From a virus (taxonomy: Duplodnaviria > Caudoviricetes), in the IMG/VR virus record IMGVR_UViG_3300030118_000298, positions 1-52,968 of that record: DNA of 52,968 bases; one strand, written 5' to 3'. Below the pieces are notes generated by a model. That model was not told where the DNA came from and made no database searches. It saw only the letters and a program-made list of their open reading frames with translations. Positions 36,637-48,100 of this stretch are shown piece after piece (the stretch's first letter is position 1; each line of letters begins with the position of its first letter). A program made the translations under genes and the position numbers.

Positions 36637-36992
36637 GTGTAGCAAACAGATTTACAGGTGTGCCAGCAGTGCCACAAGGGGGTTTTACAGATTATCAAAC
36701 TGTACTTATTGGTGCAGTAAAAGAAAATGTAGAATTATTAACTGGACTCCGTGGTGAAGTTGACACTGTAAGTAAAGCTGTAACTCAAGGTCAAGTAACA
36801 GTAAATGAATTAGGCCAACAAAAAATGCAGCAAGTATCTGCTAAAGGTACTGGCTTTACAATTAGTGGGCAAGAAGTTGCGGCTTTGGATGACGTAACTA
36901 AGCTTATACTTGATGTACAAACATTAGCTGCTGATGTGGCTGATATGAGAGCTACCCTTAATTTTTTAATTAAACAACTGAAAGGACGGTAA
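36633..36992 (+). CDS. Virion hypothetical protein
   Basis: ATGA overlap; KENVELLTG; C-terminal coiled coil. Confidence 0.6.
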   Translation: MSVANRFTGVPAVPQGGFTDYQTVLIGAVKENVELLTGLRGEVDTVSKAVTQGQVTVNELGQQKMQQVSAKGTGFTISGQEVAALDDVTKLILDVQTLAADVADMRATLNFLIKQLKGR

Positions 36993-36994
36993 TT

Positions 36995-37825
36995 ATGGTA
37001 ATGAAACCTACAACTGATCCTATGATGCAAGCTCAAGCTCCTGATTTGGTAAGTCCGGCTGTGCCTGACTCTGTGTCATTGGATTTACCACCAGCAATCG
37101 AAACACTAATAACAATGCCTGCACCTCCCGTTACGACAGCAGGGTTAGGTGAAATAGCTACAGGTGTAACTCAAGGAGGCAACCCTAATTTTCCAGCTAT
37201 GGATTTTAGAATGCAACCTATGATGATGCAAGAAGGCGGAATGGTTCCATCTCCACCAGCAGGACTACAACCACAAATGGCAGCAGGGCCTACAAATCCA
37301 GCTATGATGGACGGACAAATAAATCAAACAATGTCACAAAATCCAGAGATGGTAGCTAGAATACGAGCAGCTATTGAGGCAGGTATTCAATCAGGTGAAC
37401 TTGATACTGCTGAGCTTAATATGATTATACAGCTTGCTAAAACAGTACAACAGAATCCAGCGATGTACCCTCAGATTAGACAGATGGCTATTCAAAGAGG
37501 GTTAATTCCAGCAGAGGAGATTCCTGAGCAATACGATGAGGGATTAATTACTGCTATTATTATGGCGGCAAAAGCTATGGAGGCTGATGTACAGATTGAA
37601 GGTGCAGAAATGATGCAACCTCAACCACCACAAATGATGAATGAAGGTGGTATACTCATTGGGCCATCACATGCTCAAGGTGGGATACCTACTAAAATAG
37701 CAGGTGTCAATAACGCTGAGATGGAAGGCGGAGAGTATGTCATTCCTAAAAATGTTGTGAAAGCAAAAGGTACAGAATTTTTTGATAAAATGCTTAAACA
37801 ATATGAAGAAGGTGGTGAAACTTAA
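36995..37825 (+). CDS. Met/Pro/Gln-rich putative internal virion protein
   Basis: MQEGGMV, MNEGGILIGPSHAQGGI, EGGEYVIPKNVV. Confidence 0.6.
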   Translation: MVMKPTTDPMMQAQAPDLVSPAVPDSVSLDLPPAIETLITMPAPPVTTAGLGEIATGVTQGGNPNFPAMDFRMQPMMMQEGGMVPSPPAGLQPQMAAGPTNPAMMDGQINQTMSQNPEMVARIRAAIEAGIQSGELDTAELNMIIQLAKTVQQNPAMYPQIRQMAIQRGLIPAEEIPEQYDEGLITAIIMAAKAMEADVQIEGAEMMQPQPPQMMNEGGILIGPSHAQGGIPTKIAGVNNAEMEGGEYVIPKNVVKAKGTEFFDKMLKQYEEGGET

Positions 37826-38307
37826 TGACGTTACAAGTGGTGCAACAAGAACAGGAACAAAAACAATACAACGCTCAACTACTGTCTACTAAAGAACTAT
37901 TTGATAAGTATTGGGGTGGATGTATCCCATTATTTCAAGAGTGTATTGATAGAGCTATGCACGGTGAAATGACTGTAGAAGATATATATGATCGAGGTCT
38001 TAAAGGTCAGTTATATGTTATTGCAGTCAAAAACGATGATGGTGAAGTACCTGACGTAAAATTGGCATTAGCACTAGAACTTGTTTACTACCCTCAGTTT
38101 ACTGCTATGAATGTACTAGCTTTAGGCGGAAAAGATTTACGTCATAATATGAAAAGATTTTGGAAACAAGTTTGTGGTTGGGCACAGATTTGTGGAGTTA
38201 CTAAAATAGAATGCTTAGTCGCACCAGCTATGGAGAAAATTTTGCAAGCACAGGGCTTTGAACGAAAGTATTCACTACTAAGACAGGATTTAACGAAGGA
38301 GGTCTAA
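37825..38307 (+). CDS. GNAT-fold-like virion assembly protein (putative)
   Basis: VLALGG..WAQICGVTKIEC..LQAQGF; position before the ejection genes. Confidence 0.4.
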   Translation: MTLQVVQQEQEQKQYNAQLLSTKELFDKYWGGCIPLFQECIDRAMHGEMTVEDIYDRGLKGQLYVIAVKNDDGEVPDVKLALALELVYYPQFTAMNVLALGGKDLRHNMKRFWKQVCGWAQICGVTKIECLVAPAMEKILQAQGFERKYSLLRQDLTKEV

Positions 38308-39720
38308 ATGCAAACTATAATTAATCCTTTAGTAGTTTCGGTAGGCCCTACTAACGAGGCTACTATTACTCCCGTTCCTATGACACATCATGGTGGCGGG
38401 GTCAAAAAAGTAATTGCTGTTGTTGCAGCAGTTGCTATTCCTATTGCCGCCCCTGCGATTGCAAGTTCTATTGCAGCATCTTCGCTTGTTAGTGCAAGTG
38501 TTGCAGCAGCTATGACTACTACAGCTGGAGCTGTTGTTAGTTCAGCGATTGTTGGTGCAGGACTTGGTGCTATTACAGCTAAAGTTACAGGTGGTGATGT
38601 AAAAGCAGGTGCTATCTCAGGACTTATTGGAGGTGGTATCGGTGGTTACTCAGCAGCTAGCAGACCGGGAATGTTTGGTAATCCAGCGGCACAAACATCG
38701 ACTGCAACGGCGGGCACAGCTACTAATTTAAGTGGCGGTAATGTAGCTGGTTCAGGTGCTACTACTACACCAGATGGTCTCACGAACGTTGCTTACTCAC
38801 CAGATGGTAGCGTAACAGCTTCAAATGCAAGTTTTGCTGGTAGTTCTGGCGCTAATGCTGTAGGAGATGCAGCAACTGCATTATCTAACAAAGCTGTTGA
38901 GTCTACAGGTTTTGTAGCAAGCATGAAACAAGGTTTATCTAGCGCTGGTGAACTAGCGCTGGACAGACTTACTAATCCAGAAGCGTTGGCTAATGCTGCA
39001 CTTCAAGTTGGTGGTGCTGTAGCTGCAGAAGCTATTGTTGGTACACCGGGTATGACTGCTGAAGAAACTGCAGCTATTGAGCAATACAAACAAGAGTTAC
39101 AGGTTCTTAAACAAAGAGATGAAGCAGCATTTAATCAAAAGCTAGATGCAGCTAAACAGTATATGGTACAAGCTGGGTACTATGATCCAAATTATTTTGC
39201 TCTACAATCAGCTAACAAAGCAGCTATTTCAGAAGCTCGTAAACTACGAGAGTTTGAGCGTAAAGCAGGTTTAACTATGGGTGGTGTATCTCAAGGTGAT
39301 CGTAGACGAGCAGCGTTATCAGGTGGTGCAAACATACAATCTGCATTTGATAGAGGTTTCTTAACAGGTACTGATCTTCAAAACCGTGCTATGAGCACTG
39401 GTGTTGGGCTTATTCCTAACGCTCCTACATCTGGAGCGCAAGGTGCTTACAACTTAGCTGTATTAGCAGGTAATCAAGGTGCTGCTGAACGTGCTGATGC
39501 TCGGGCTAAGAAAGATAACATACAAAAATTCTTTGGAGCTTTTTCAGTTAACAGAGGTAAAACCAATGCAGAAAAAGAAAGAGATAAACAGTTAGCTGCA
39601 GGTCTTGATACAGGTAGCATGCCTAGTTTAGACCAAAAGAAAAACATACCCGAAAACATACCCGGCATCATAAAACCTGAAGATTTAAAGAAAAACGAAC
39701 CACAGTTTCGATATACATAG
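38308..39720 (+). CDS. Internal virion/ejection protein
   Basis: Ala/Gly-rich hydrophobic N-terminus; AAGGAGG RBS. Confidence 0.6.
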   Translation: MQTIINPLVVSVGPTNEATITPVPMTHHGGGVKKVIAVVAAVAIPIAAPAIASSIAASSLVSASVAAAMTTTAGAVVSSAIVGAGLGAITAKVTGGDVKAGAISGLIGGGIGGYSAASRPGMFGNPAAQTSTATAGTATNLSGGNVAGSGATTTPDGLTNVAYSPDGSVTASNASFAGSSGANAVGDAATALSNKAVESTGFVASMKQGLSSAGELALDRLTNPEALANAALQVGGAVAAEAIVGTPGMTAEETAAIEQYKQELQVLKQRDEAAFNQKLDAAKQYMVQAGYYDPNYFALQSANKAAISEARKLREFERKAGLTMGGVSQGDRRRAALSGGANIQSAFDRGFLTGTDLQNRAMSTGVGLIPNAPTSGAQGAYNLAVLAGNQGAAERADARAKKDNIQKFFGAFSVNRGKTNAEKERDKQLAAGLDTGSMPSLDQKKNIPENIPGIIKPEDLKKNEPQFRYT

Positions 39721-39729
39721 GAGTTTAGT

Positions 39730-42183
39730 ATGGTATTAGGACTCATCGGAAATGTAGTAGGAAATCTAAATCAGGATAAGTTTCTTGAGGGCGCAGAAGC
39801 TGAAAACAGACTACAAGAGTTACAACGAGCAAACTTTACTCGTGATCAAGAAAGGTTCGCTTTACAAAATCTTCAAAAGCCTCAGCTTCCTGTTGCCACA
39901 GATGTAAGTCAAGGTATGGCAGGGCTGAACGTTGATAGGTTCGGTGGTACATTTATTGATGTAAAACCGATGCCTGATGCTGATTCTGTCTATCAAGACA
40001 AAATACTTAGAGATCAAGAAAGGATGCAGCAAGGTCAGCTAGGAACTGCTCCTCCTGTTGTAGTTGATCCTAACGCAGACCCTAATCAGTTAAAACCTAC
40101 TGATCCTGTTATTATAGAAGAACCCGATTTAAGTTTTCCTAAAGTTGATCCTAACCAAACCGAGTTACCTCCAGCTCCTAGAGGTAGGAATCAAACTAAT
40201 CCTGAACGTTCAGCCGAAATAGTTAGACGACAGACTATTGATAATAATACTAATGCTATTTTAAAACAGTTTGGTATTAAGCGTAAAGGTGGACAAGGAA
40301 CTCAAAACGTTACTAAAGACCAAGGAGATGCTTTTAAATTCTATAATAGTAAAGAGTTCAAAGATTTTATTTACCAATACCCACAATATCTAACTGATGT
40401 TTCTGAAGATCCTATCGGGTTTATGAAAAAATATAAGGGTGAAAAAGACGATAGAACTACAAGCACAGTCATTGAACAAACTTCAGAAAGAACTAAAAAA
40501 TTAATCAGTGGTCGTATACAGGCTATAGATAATGATATTCTTAACAGCACTAATTCTAAAAAACTTATAGAGTTAGCAAACTCTATGGGTGTAGACCCTA
40601 TTGCAGCATTGGCTATCTTTGGTATTGAGTCTGACTTTGGGCGTAATGTAAAGAAAAGCCAACGGGCAGCATTTGGTAGTATGCAAGTTACCAATGCTCA
40701 GTTTAACAATCTAAAAAAATGGTTTGCTGACCCAGCCAATAGATCACAAATAGAAGCTATATACCCTAACAATCCCGGCATGGTGGACAAAGTTATTGGT
40801 ATGGTTGCTAGAATGCAAAGAGCTAAAGCTAGGTCTACTCCTGCTGGTAACGAAGGAGAGCTTGTAGCTGGTCTTGCTCAGCTTATTTATAACAAAGCTA
40901 TAGGTCTGGACAAAAGTTTATGGGGTGCAGGTTATCAAGGTAATGCAAATGATGTATTAAAAAATAAAGGCCCACTAGCTGTAGATGATGGAAATATATC
41001 TAACAGTGATTATAACTCAGCTTATGTAAGTCTTTATAATTATATTGCTGGTAAGATGGGTGGGTCTGCAATGACTACCTCTACCGCTGCAGCTGCCAAT
41101 CAGAACACACAAACCACAACAAGTTCTGCTGCAACAAACAATCAAGCTGCAGGCCAATCAGCTGACCAACAAATAGCAGGTCTAAATATACAAGATGTAC
41201 AAATAGATACAACAGGTCAGTCAACAAACACTGGAAATCAAGGCACAGCAAGCACTGATGTTAGTTCACTTAAAGAACAAACAGCAGGAGTGGATGATGG
41301 TACTAAAGCACCACCTGAAATTAAAAAGACTGATGAAAGAGTTGAGTCTCCTGCATTTTATACAAAAGACCCTTCAAGACTTGGTTTTGATTTGCGTAAT
41401 TATCTTGAAGAGCGAGAGATAGTTATTAATCAAACTAATGCTAATATAAAATATCAAAATCAATTAGCAGATTATTATAGAAGGTTTGCTCAAATTATGA
41501 CAACAGGTGGTACTAATTTAGATCGTGCCAGAGAGCTTAATAATCTTGCTTTACAAGCAGAAATAGCAGCTACCGACACTCGTACTAAAGGTATGCTTGA
41601 AGCTAAGAAAGCTGAGAATAAAATTATGTACCTACAAGGTATGCAAGGACTACAAGATTTAGCTAATGGTAGCGTTAACAGAGCTGCAGCTGTGTGGTCA
41701 GAATATTCAGGTATGGATATTCGTATTAATCCACGATCTGATGGTAAATATGACATAACTTTAAATGGTGAGCCATATAAGACTATGGATTTTTCAACGC
41801 TTAGTAATACATTACAACTTGCGTTTGACCAAGGTTATAGAAAAACACAACAAGAAGCTTCTGCTACAAGAGCGTTGAAAACTTTTGAAGCTCAGCTTGA
41901 GATAACTAAAGAGAATATGAAAGCATATAATGAGAGACAGAAAGCTGTACTACAAGGCAGAATTGATATTATCAAAAAACGAGAAGAGCAGCAAGGTGAT
42001 GTAAAACTAGAGTTTGATAGTAATGGTGTACCTTATAAAATTATAGGCGATCAAATTTTTATCTTAGAAACATTTATATATGAAGGCCCAAATGGTGAAG
42101 AAGCAGTTGGTTACCGAGAAATACCAGTGATACGAGGTGCAACTGCATCAGCTAATCAGTATAAGCGTGAAAAGAAGGGATAG
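39730..42183 (+). CDS. Ejection protein with lytic transglycosylase (SLT-like) domain
   Basis: GVDPIAALAIFGIESDFG...AFGSMQV catalytic motifs. Confidence 0.7.
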   Translation: MVLGLIGNVVGNLNQDKFLEGAEAENRLQELQRANFTRDQERFALQNLQKPQLPVATDVSQGMAGLNVDRFGGTFIDVKPMPDADSVYQDKILRDQERMQQGQLGTAPPVVVDPNADPNQLKPTDPVIIEEPDLSFPKVDPNQTELPPAPRGRNQTNPERSAEIVRRQTIDNNTNAILKQFGIKRKGGQGTQNVTKDQGDAFKFYNSKEFKDFIYQYPQYLTDVSEDPIGFMKKYKGEKDDRTTSTVIEQTSERTKKLISGRIQAIDNDILNSTNSKKLIELANSMGVDPIAALAIFGIESDFGRNVKKSQRAAFGSMQVTNAQFNNLKKWFADPANRSQIEAIYPNNPGMVDKVIGMVARMQRAKARSTPAGNEGELVAGLAQLIYNKAIGLDKSLWGAGYQGNANDVLKNKGPLAVDDGNISNSDYNSAYVSLYNYIAGKMGGSAMTTSTAAAANQNTQTTTSSAATNNQAAGQSADQQIAGLNIQDVQIDTTGQSTNTGNQGTASTDVSSLKEQTAGVDDGTKAPPEIKKTDERVESPAFYTKDPSRLGFDLRNYLEEREIVINQTNANIKYQNQLADYYRRFAQIMTTGGTNLDRARELNNLALQAEIAATDTRTKGMLEAKKAENKIMYLQGMQGLQDLANGSVNRAAAVWSEYSGMDIRINPRSDGKYDITLNGEPYKTMDFSTLSNTLQLAFDQGYRKTQQEASATRALKTFEAQLEITKENMKAYNERQKAVLQGRIDIIKKREEQQGDVKLEFDSNGVPYKIIGDQIFILETFIYEGPNGEEAVGYREIPVIRGATASANQYKREKKG

Positions 42184-42185
42184 TT

Positions 42186-45100
42186 ATGGCCCCGAAAAAG
42201 GCAGGATTAAAAGCATTTGAGAGTTCTTACTATGATGCTACTACTGCGCCCGGAGCTGGAAACCCATTCGTAGCGCAAACAGGTTCATCAGGATTAGGAC
42301 AGTTAAATGCACAACTAACTGATCAGTTAGTTCAAGAACAAGCAGAGTTTGAAAACTTAGAAACAGTCCTTGGTGGAGGATTTAATAAACCACCGGAGAC
42401 TGGGCCTCGTGTATTGTTTAGTCCTTCAACTAATCAGATGTTTGTTAATGGTGCATTGTATGATGCTGATGACAAACAATCAGCATTAGATGCAGAGTCT
42501 CGTGGATTTTTAGACAGACCAAGAGCAGCACAGCCTGAAGGCGCAGACTGGCAAACTGTATCACCTGAATCTTATAAAACATTTATGAATAACATAGAAG
42601 ACCCCGGCTTGGGGACTCTTATGGCTAGAAACTTTGAGATTGGTGGTAGTAATCTAAAACTACTTGCTGGTCGAGGTATGCAATTTCTTGGTGCTGAAGA
42701 AACAGGACAAAGTATAGTTGATAATGCAGTACGAGAACTCTATTACAACCAACCATTTCAAAGAGAATTTACTGAGATAGAAGTAGGTAGTAGCTCAAAC
42801 GGAGCTATTGATTGGTTTGTAGCTAACTTAGCACAGCAAGGGCCAAACTTAATAGAATCTATTGCTGTTGCTTTGCTTGGTGCAGGAGCAGGTGCAGTTG
42901 CAGGTGGTGGTGCTAACCCATTTACTGCAGCAGGTGGTGCTATATATGCGTTACTAGGTAAAGAAGCAGTAAAAAAATCTGTACTAAAAGCTGCTACAAA
43001 ATATACAAAAGGTCAGGCTCTTACCAAAGGTGAGAAAAAACTACTTCGTGAGTTTTCAGGTCTAACAGCTGCAGCAAAACTTAAAAACCCTAATGCTTTT
43101 TTTGTAACTTCTAGCGGCACAACTATGACTGGATCACAACTTCTCAAGAAAGAAGCTAAGAAAGGATTGTTTCAACCTGATGATACTTATTTGGCAGGCG
43201 CACTAAAAGCAAACAGATTAGGTAGAAACCAAGCTATTGCAGGTGGTGCTGCAGGTGCATCTGTAATTGGTTCTTATGGTATGGGTGTTGCCGATATCTA
43301 TGGTGAAGTAAGAGATACAGGCGTAGGTGATAGAGGTACAGCAGCTTTAGGTGCTATACCATATGCAGCACTAGAAACACTTCCAGAATTTTTCTTAGCA
43401 GGTCGTATCTTTGGTCTTGGCCCTGATATTATTAAATCAGGTGGTGTAGCCAAACGTGCAGGTAAAGGATTGTTTGTAGGTGGTACGTTAGAAGGTCTAA
43501 CTGAACTTGGACAAGAAGCTATTATACTTACAGGTACAGATCAACTTGGTGATGCCGAAACAACTAAACGATTAATTAATTCTTTTGCAGCTGGTTTTGC
43601 TATTGGTGGCCCACTTGGTGGTGGTGCTAACTTACTTAAACGAGGTGAACCTACTGATTTAATAAATGAAGAAAATCCACAGGCTGATCAAAAGTTATTG
43701 CCCGCCCCTCCTGAAGGGACTCCTCCTCCTCAAGGTCAAGGGCAGTTACCCCCACCTGCAGGGCCTGCTGCTTTACTTACTGGGCCTCCTAGTCAAGACC
43801 CTGCTTTCCCCGGGCCGCAGTTCGTTGCAGGTGAACAAGGGGTACAACAAGTAACACAGCAAGGTGAGTTATTCCCACAACAAGATTTAGGGCAGCAAAG
43901 CGTTCAAGCGCAAGATACTGTGCCACAAGAAGTACCAGACGTTACAACTGAGAGAACTCCTCAAGTTATTGCTGCAGAAGCTGCAGCACAACCACAGCCT
44001 ACACAAGCTGAACTAGAAGCAGCTGGTCAGTTACCTTTAGCATCTACAGACCCTACAGGTTTTGGTGTTCAAGCTGCTGTTACCCCGGAAACAGAACAGA
44101 CAGCCATAGGACAACAACTTCTACAAGCTGCTAATAACAGAATACGAGAACAACAAAACCAAATCGCTGAAGAACAAAGGATTAGACAAGAAGCTGAAGA
44201 AAGAGCGCAAAGACAAAGAGAGTTTGATTTAGCTGAACAGCAAAGATTAAATCAGCAAGTGGCTCAGTTAGAAAATGCTAGGGTAGAACAGATACTAAAA
44301 GAAAACGAAAGGCTTACTCAAGAAGTTGAGGAGCGTAAAGCTCGTGAACAAGCACAGATTGCTATACCACAAAGACAACCTCGACAGTTAAGTTTGCCGG
44401 GAATGGCAGTACCATATAGTGCAAGACGACAAGCACTACGAAGAGGTGCAGCTGCAGCACCTGTTGTTGCAGAGCCTACTGCTGCTGAGCTAGAGCAAGC
44501 AGGTCAGATGACATTACCATTTCCTGAGCCTCCTGCTTCTGAGATAGCTCCACTTGTAGAGCGTATGCTAGCTGATGGTATACCCATTCAAAACATACAA
44601 GAATATATAGATGACTTCCAAGCTGCTATAGACAACAACGACTTGGTAGAACAAGACAATATTATTGCGGAGATGGAAGGGGTTGTAGAAAGTTTTAACA
44701 GACCTCGTAGAAGAGCTACTGCTTTGTCTGCTCCTGCTCAAAATCTTGTTAATGAATTAACTAGAGGGCCGGGAGAAGTAATATCTCAAGTACAAGATAC
44801 TGTTACCACAGAAGATGGTAGGGTTTTACCTATTACTAGAACCAGTTTTCAACAACCAGCAATACCAACACAAAGGAGGACAGATGCCGTTCAGGAGCAA
44901 AGCACAGATGAAGTGGATGTACGCCAACAAACCGAACCTAGCAGCGAAGTTCGCAGAGGAGACGCCGCAAGACGCCAAACTGCCAGAGAGAATAAGCTCC
45001 AAGAGCAACTCAGAAAAGCGACAGCTCGCCAGACAGAGAACTTTACGAAAGAAGAACAACGAGCGATTCGGGAAGCTAACCAAGAAGCTCGCCGTCAACA

Positions 45101-48100
45101 AGTTCAGAAATCAACCTCTTTAGAAGCTATTCTTGAAAAGCCAATGATACCTGTACAAGGTAGAACACCCCAAGAAATGTGGGATGAATTATCTTCAGGT
45201 ATAGCTGTTGCTTATACAAGACTACCTAAAGAATTTAGGGATACATGGAATCAATATGTAGCAGGTGATACTGTTAATGGTGATCTGGCTGCTCTAATAA
45301 GTCAAAATGCTTATTTAGAATTAGATAGTAGAAATGAAAGAGAAGGTGGTCTTACCGATTTAGATAGGGTCGATGAATATATAGCAGCATTTGATGCCAC
45401 TACTGATTTTAGTAGGCATGGCACAGCTTGGTCTTATTCTAATCAACTTGTATCTCTTGCATTTTTTGATCCGGCAGGAGGTGTAAATAAAGAAGCAAGA
45501 GCAAAAGCTATTAGATATTTGAAAGATACTACCTTTAGCCCACAACAGCAGAATGCTTTAGATACAGCATTTATTAATACTATAAATACAGGTGATCCTC
45601 AGACTGGTATTGTTCAGGGTAAAAACCAACCTTGGCTTGAGTATGCTACACGAAGAAGCTTAGAAGGTGAGATAACAGTTGCTCTCAATAATATGCCAGC
45701 GTGGTTTACTTCTCCACAAGCTGCTGTAATCAGACAAACTGTAGCTGATACACAGCAACAAGGTGAAGTGCTTGGGCAAGAAACTGCAGATACCATGATT
45801 AAATTACTCCGTAGACGACAAGCTCTCGGAGAAACTATTGACTTCTCAACTCTTAGTGAAGCTTACGATGAAGCATTGGGTAAGTCCGGTAGAAAAAAAG
45901 CAAGAGAAGTACAAAAAGAATTTAATCGTGAGAATGCCCAACAACTAGAAATTATATTGGACTCTCATCTTGAGAAGGTTGAGACTAGAGATTTACGAAT
46001 GGTGTATAATCCAGTCGTAGAGATAAGGTCTGACCTTCCGGGCAAACCCGATCCTGCTACAAATAAGATGAACGTTCTTTTTGCCAATTCAAACAAAGAT
46101 TATATTATGGCAAATGGATACAGACTAAGAGATTTCTTTGATAGTGCAGGCGTACTTAAAACAAAACGTTTATATAATGGTCGTATGGTTCCTGATCCTA
46201 CTCCTCAGAACCAGCAAGAAACAAGACGATTGATTACTGATGCACAGAAACTTTTACAAAGAGGTAGACGTACTCAAGCAGAAAATACTAGGCTTGATAG
46301 ACTTGAACCATTTGCTGAACAAGCAAGACAAGCTGATTCAAAAACTGACGAGTCAGGAAACTTTCTTAGGTTTACAGATGAAAAGCCTGTAAAACCTATG
46401 GGTCGAGGTGAAATTGACCTTGTAGTAAAACAAGTTCTCAAAAAACTAAAAGTAAAACCTACTGTTACTATTGTAGAAAATGTACGAGACCTAGCTCAAA
46501 AAAATCCAGCCTTATACAAACGAGCTGCAGATGGCAGACCTCTTGGTGATTTTGATAGTGTTCAAGCAGTTGGCTATTCTGTTGGTGATCAAGTCATAAT
46601 CTTTAGTGATTATGCAAAAACCAAAGAACAGATACGACTAGTTGTAGCTCACGAAGCACTGGGTCACTTCGGTTTCCGTGCCTTTATGCCTCGTGATAGA
46701 ATGAATGCTATCTTCCGTGAGATATATAGAACAGATGGACATGTAAAAGCTGCTGCTGATATTAAAATGCGTTCTAATCCTCGTATGGATATGATGGAAG
46801 CAGTAGAAGAAGTTCTTGCTGATAAAGCTGCGGCGTTTGATAGTCACCTAATATACCGTGTTAGAAACCTAGTTCAGGCTGTGTTAGATGCTATAGGTTT
46901 AGGTGATCTTATAAACTTTGGCGATACAGATATCACGCGCTACTTCCTAAGACAATCTCGTAGGAACTTAATGACAGGTGGCAGAGGTGTTGTAGGTGTG
47001 CAACAGCTAGCTCAAAACATGAAAGACCTAGAAGCAGAAAGTGTTAATGGTAGGTTTTCTATTGAGAATATAACAAGCACTCATGCTACTAACTTTATGA
47101 ATTTGTATTCTTCCAATAAGAAAGCAGGATCGTTTGGTTCTTTTGATAAAATTCAAGAGTTACTTAAAAAGATACCGAAACAAAAAGGTAAAGCAGCATC
47201 TAGGGTCTTTGCTTCTGCAGCTGAAACTGTTCAGACTCTTGATAACAAAGCACAACGTAGTTCAGGACTACAGGAAATATTTAGAATATTCCAAAAGTCT
47301 GGTGGTAAAACTAGACGAGCCATGTCTGAATACGAAAGGCTTACATCATTTACACACACTCCAAATTGGTTTGGATTTGGTAAAGGGCCAACAGATCAAG
47401 AGTTAAAACTAGGAGGTGAGATGCTTGCCTATGGTGCTGTTTTCAAAGCAAGACAAGTGACACCAGCAGATATTAAACAAGCAGGTATGGAGCAAGGTGA
47501 TTTACTATCAGGTAAAGGTTCAGGTACTGAAAGAGTTAATAATGATGTGCGTAAGCAACTAGAAGAACAAGGTATTGTATCTAAAGAAGAGTTTAGAAAT
47601 GGTATACCTTATGTCTTAGCTGATAACACACAAGGCACAAAAGTTTTTCGAAATGATGATGGTTCTGCTTTAGATGAGCAGACGTTTGAAAATGCGTACA
47701 GAGTCTATATAGAAAACAGAAGAGCTGTAAATCAAGCTGCTATTGATAATCTTAATGCAAACATAGAAGCTGTTGCAGGACAGCGAGATCAAACACTAAA
47801 AAGATTTGCAAAGTTTAAAACAGATGAAGGATTCATTGGAGATGATGCAACCAATATAACAGCTCTTGAAAGAATCATAGAAGAATACTCTAACCTTATT
47901 ACAGAAAATGCAGATGCTGAAGGTAATATTAATCCTGCGTCTGTAGAAAAAGCACAAAGATTTATACGAGCTATCAACAGAGCTTTTTGGGAAGATAAAA
48001 AAGTAGATGATTGGCAGAATAGTAGAGAAGATACTGCTGAGTTTCAAGGTGGTGCTTATTCAGATATCATAGCTAAAATACCAGACCTACGAGCATTAGG

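Noticed and set aside
43666-43854. Another same-strand alternative-frame ORF in the giant gene
   Set aside because: No SD and an uninformative Leu-rich sequence, unlike 44884..45123
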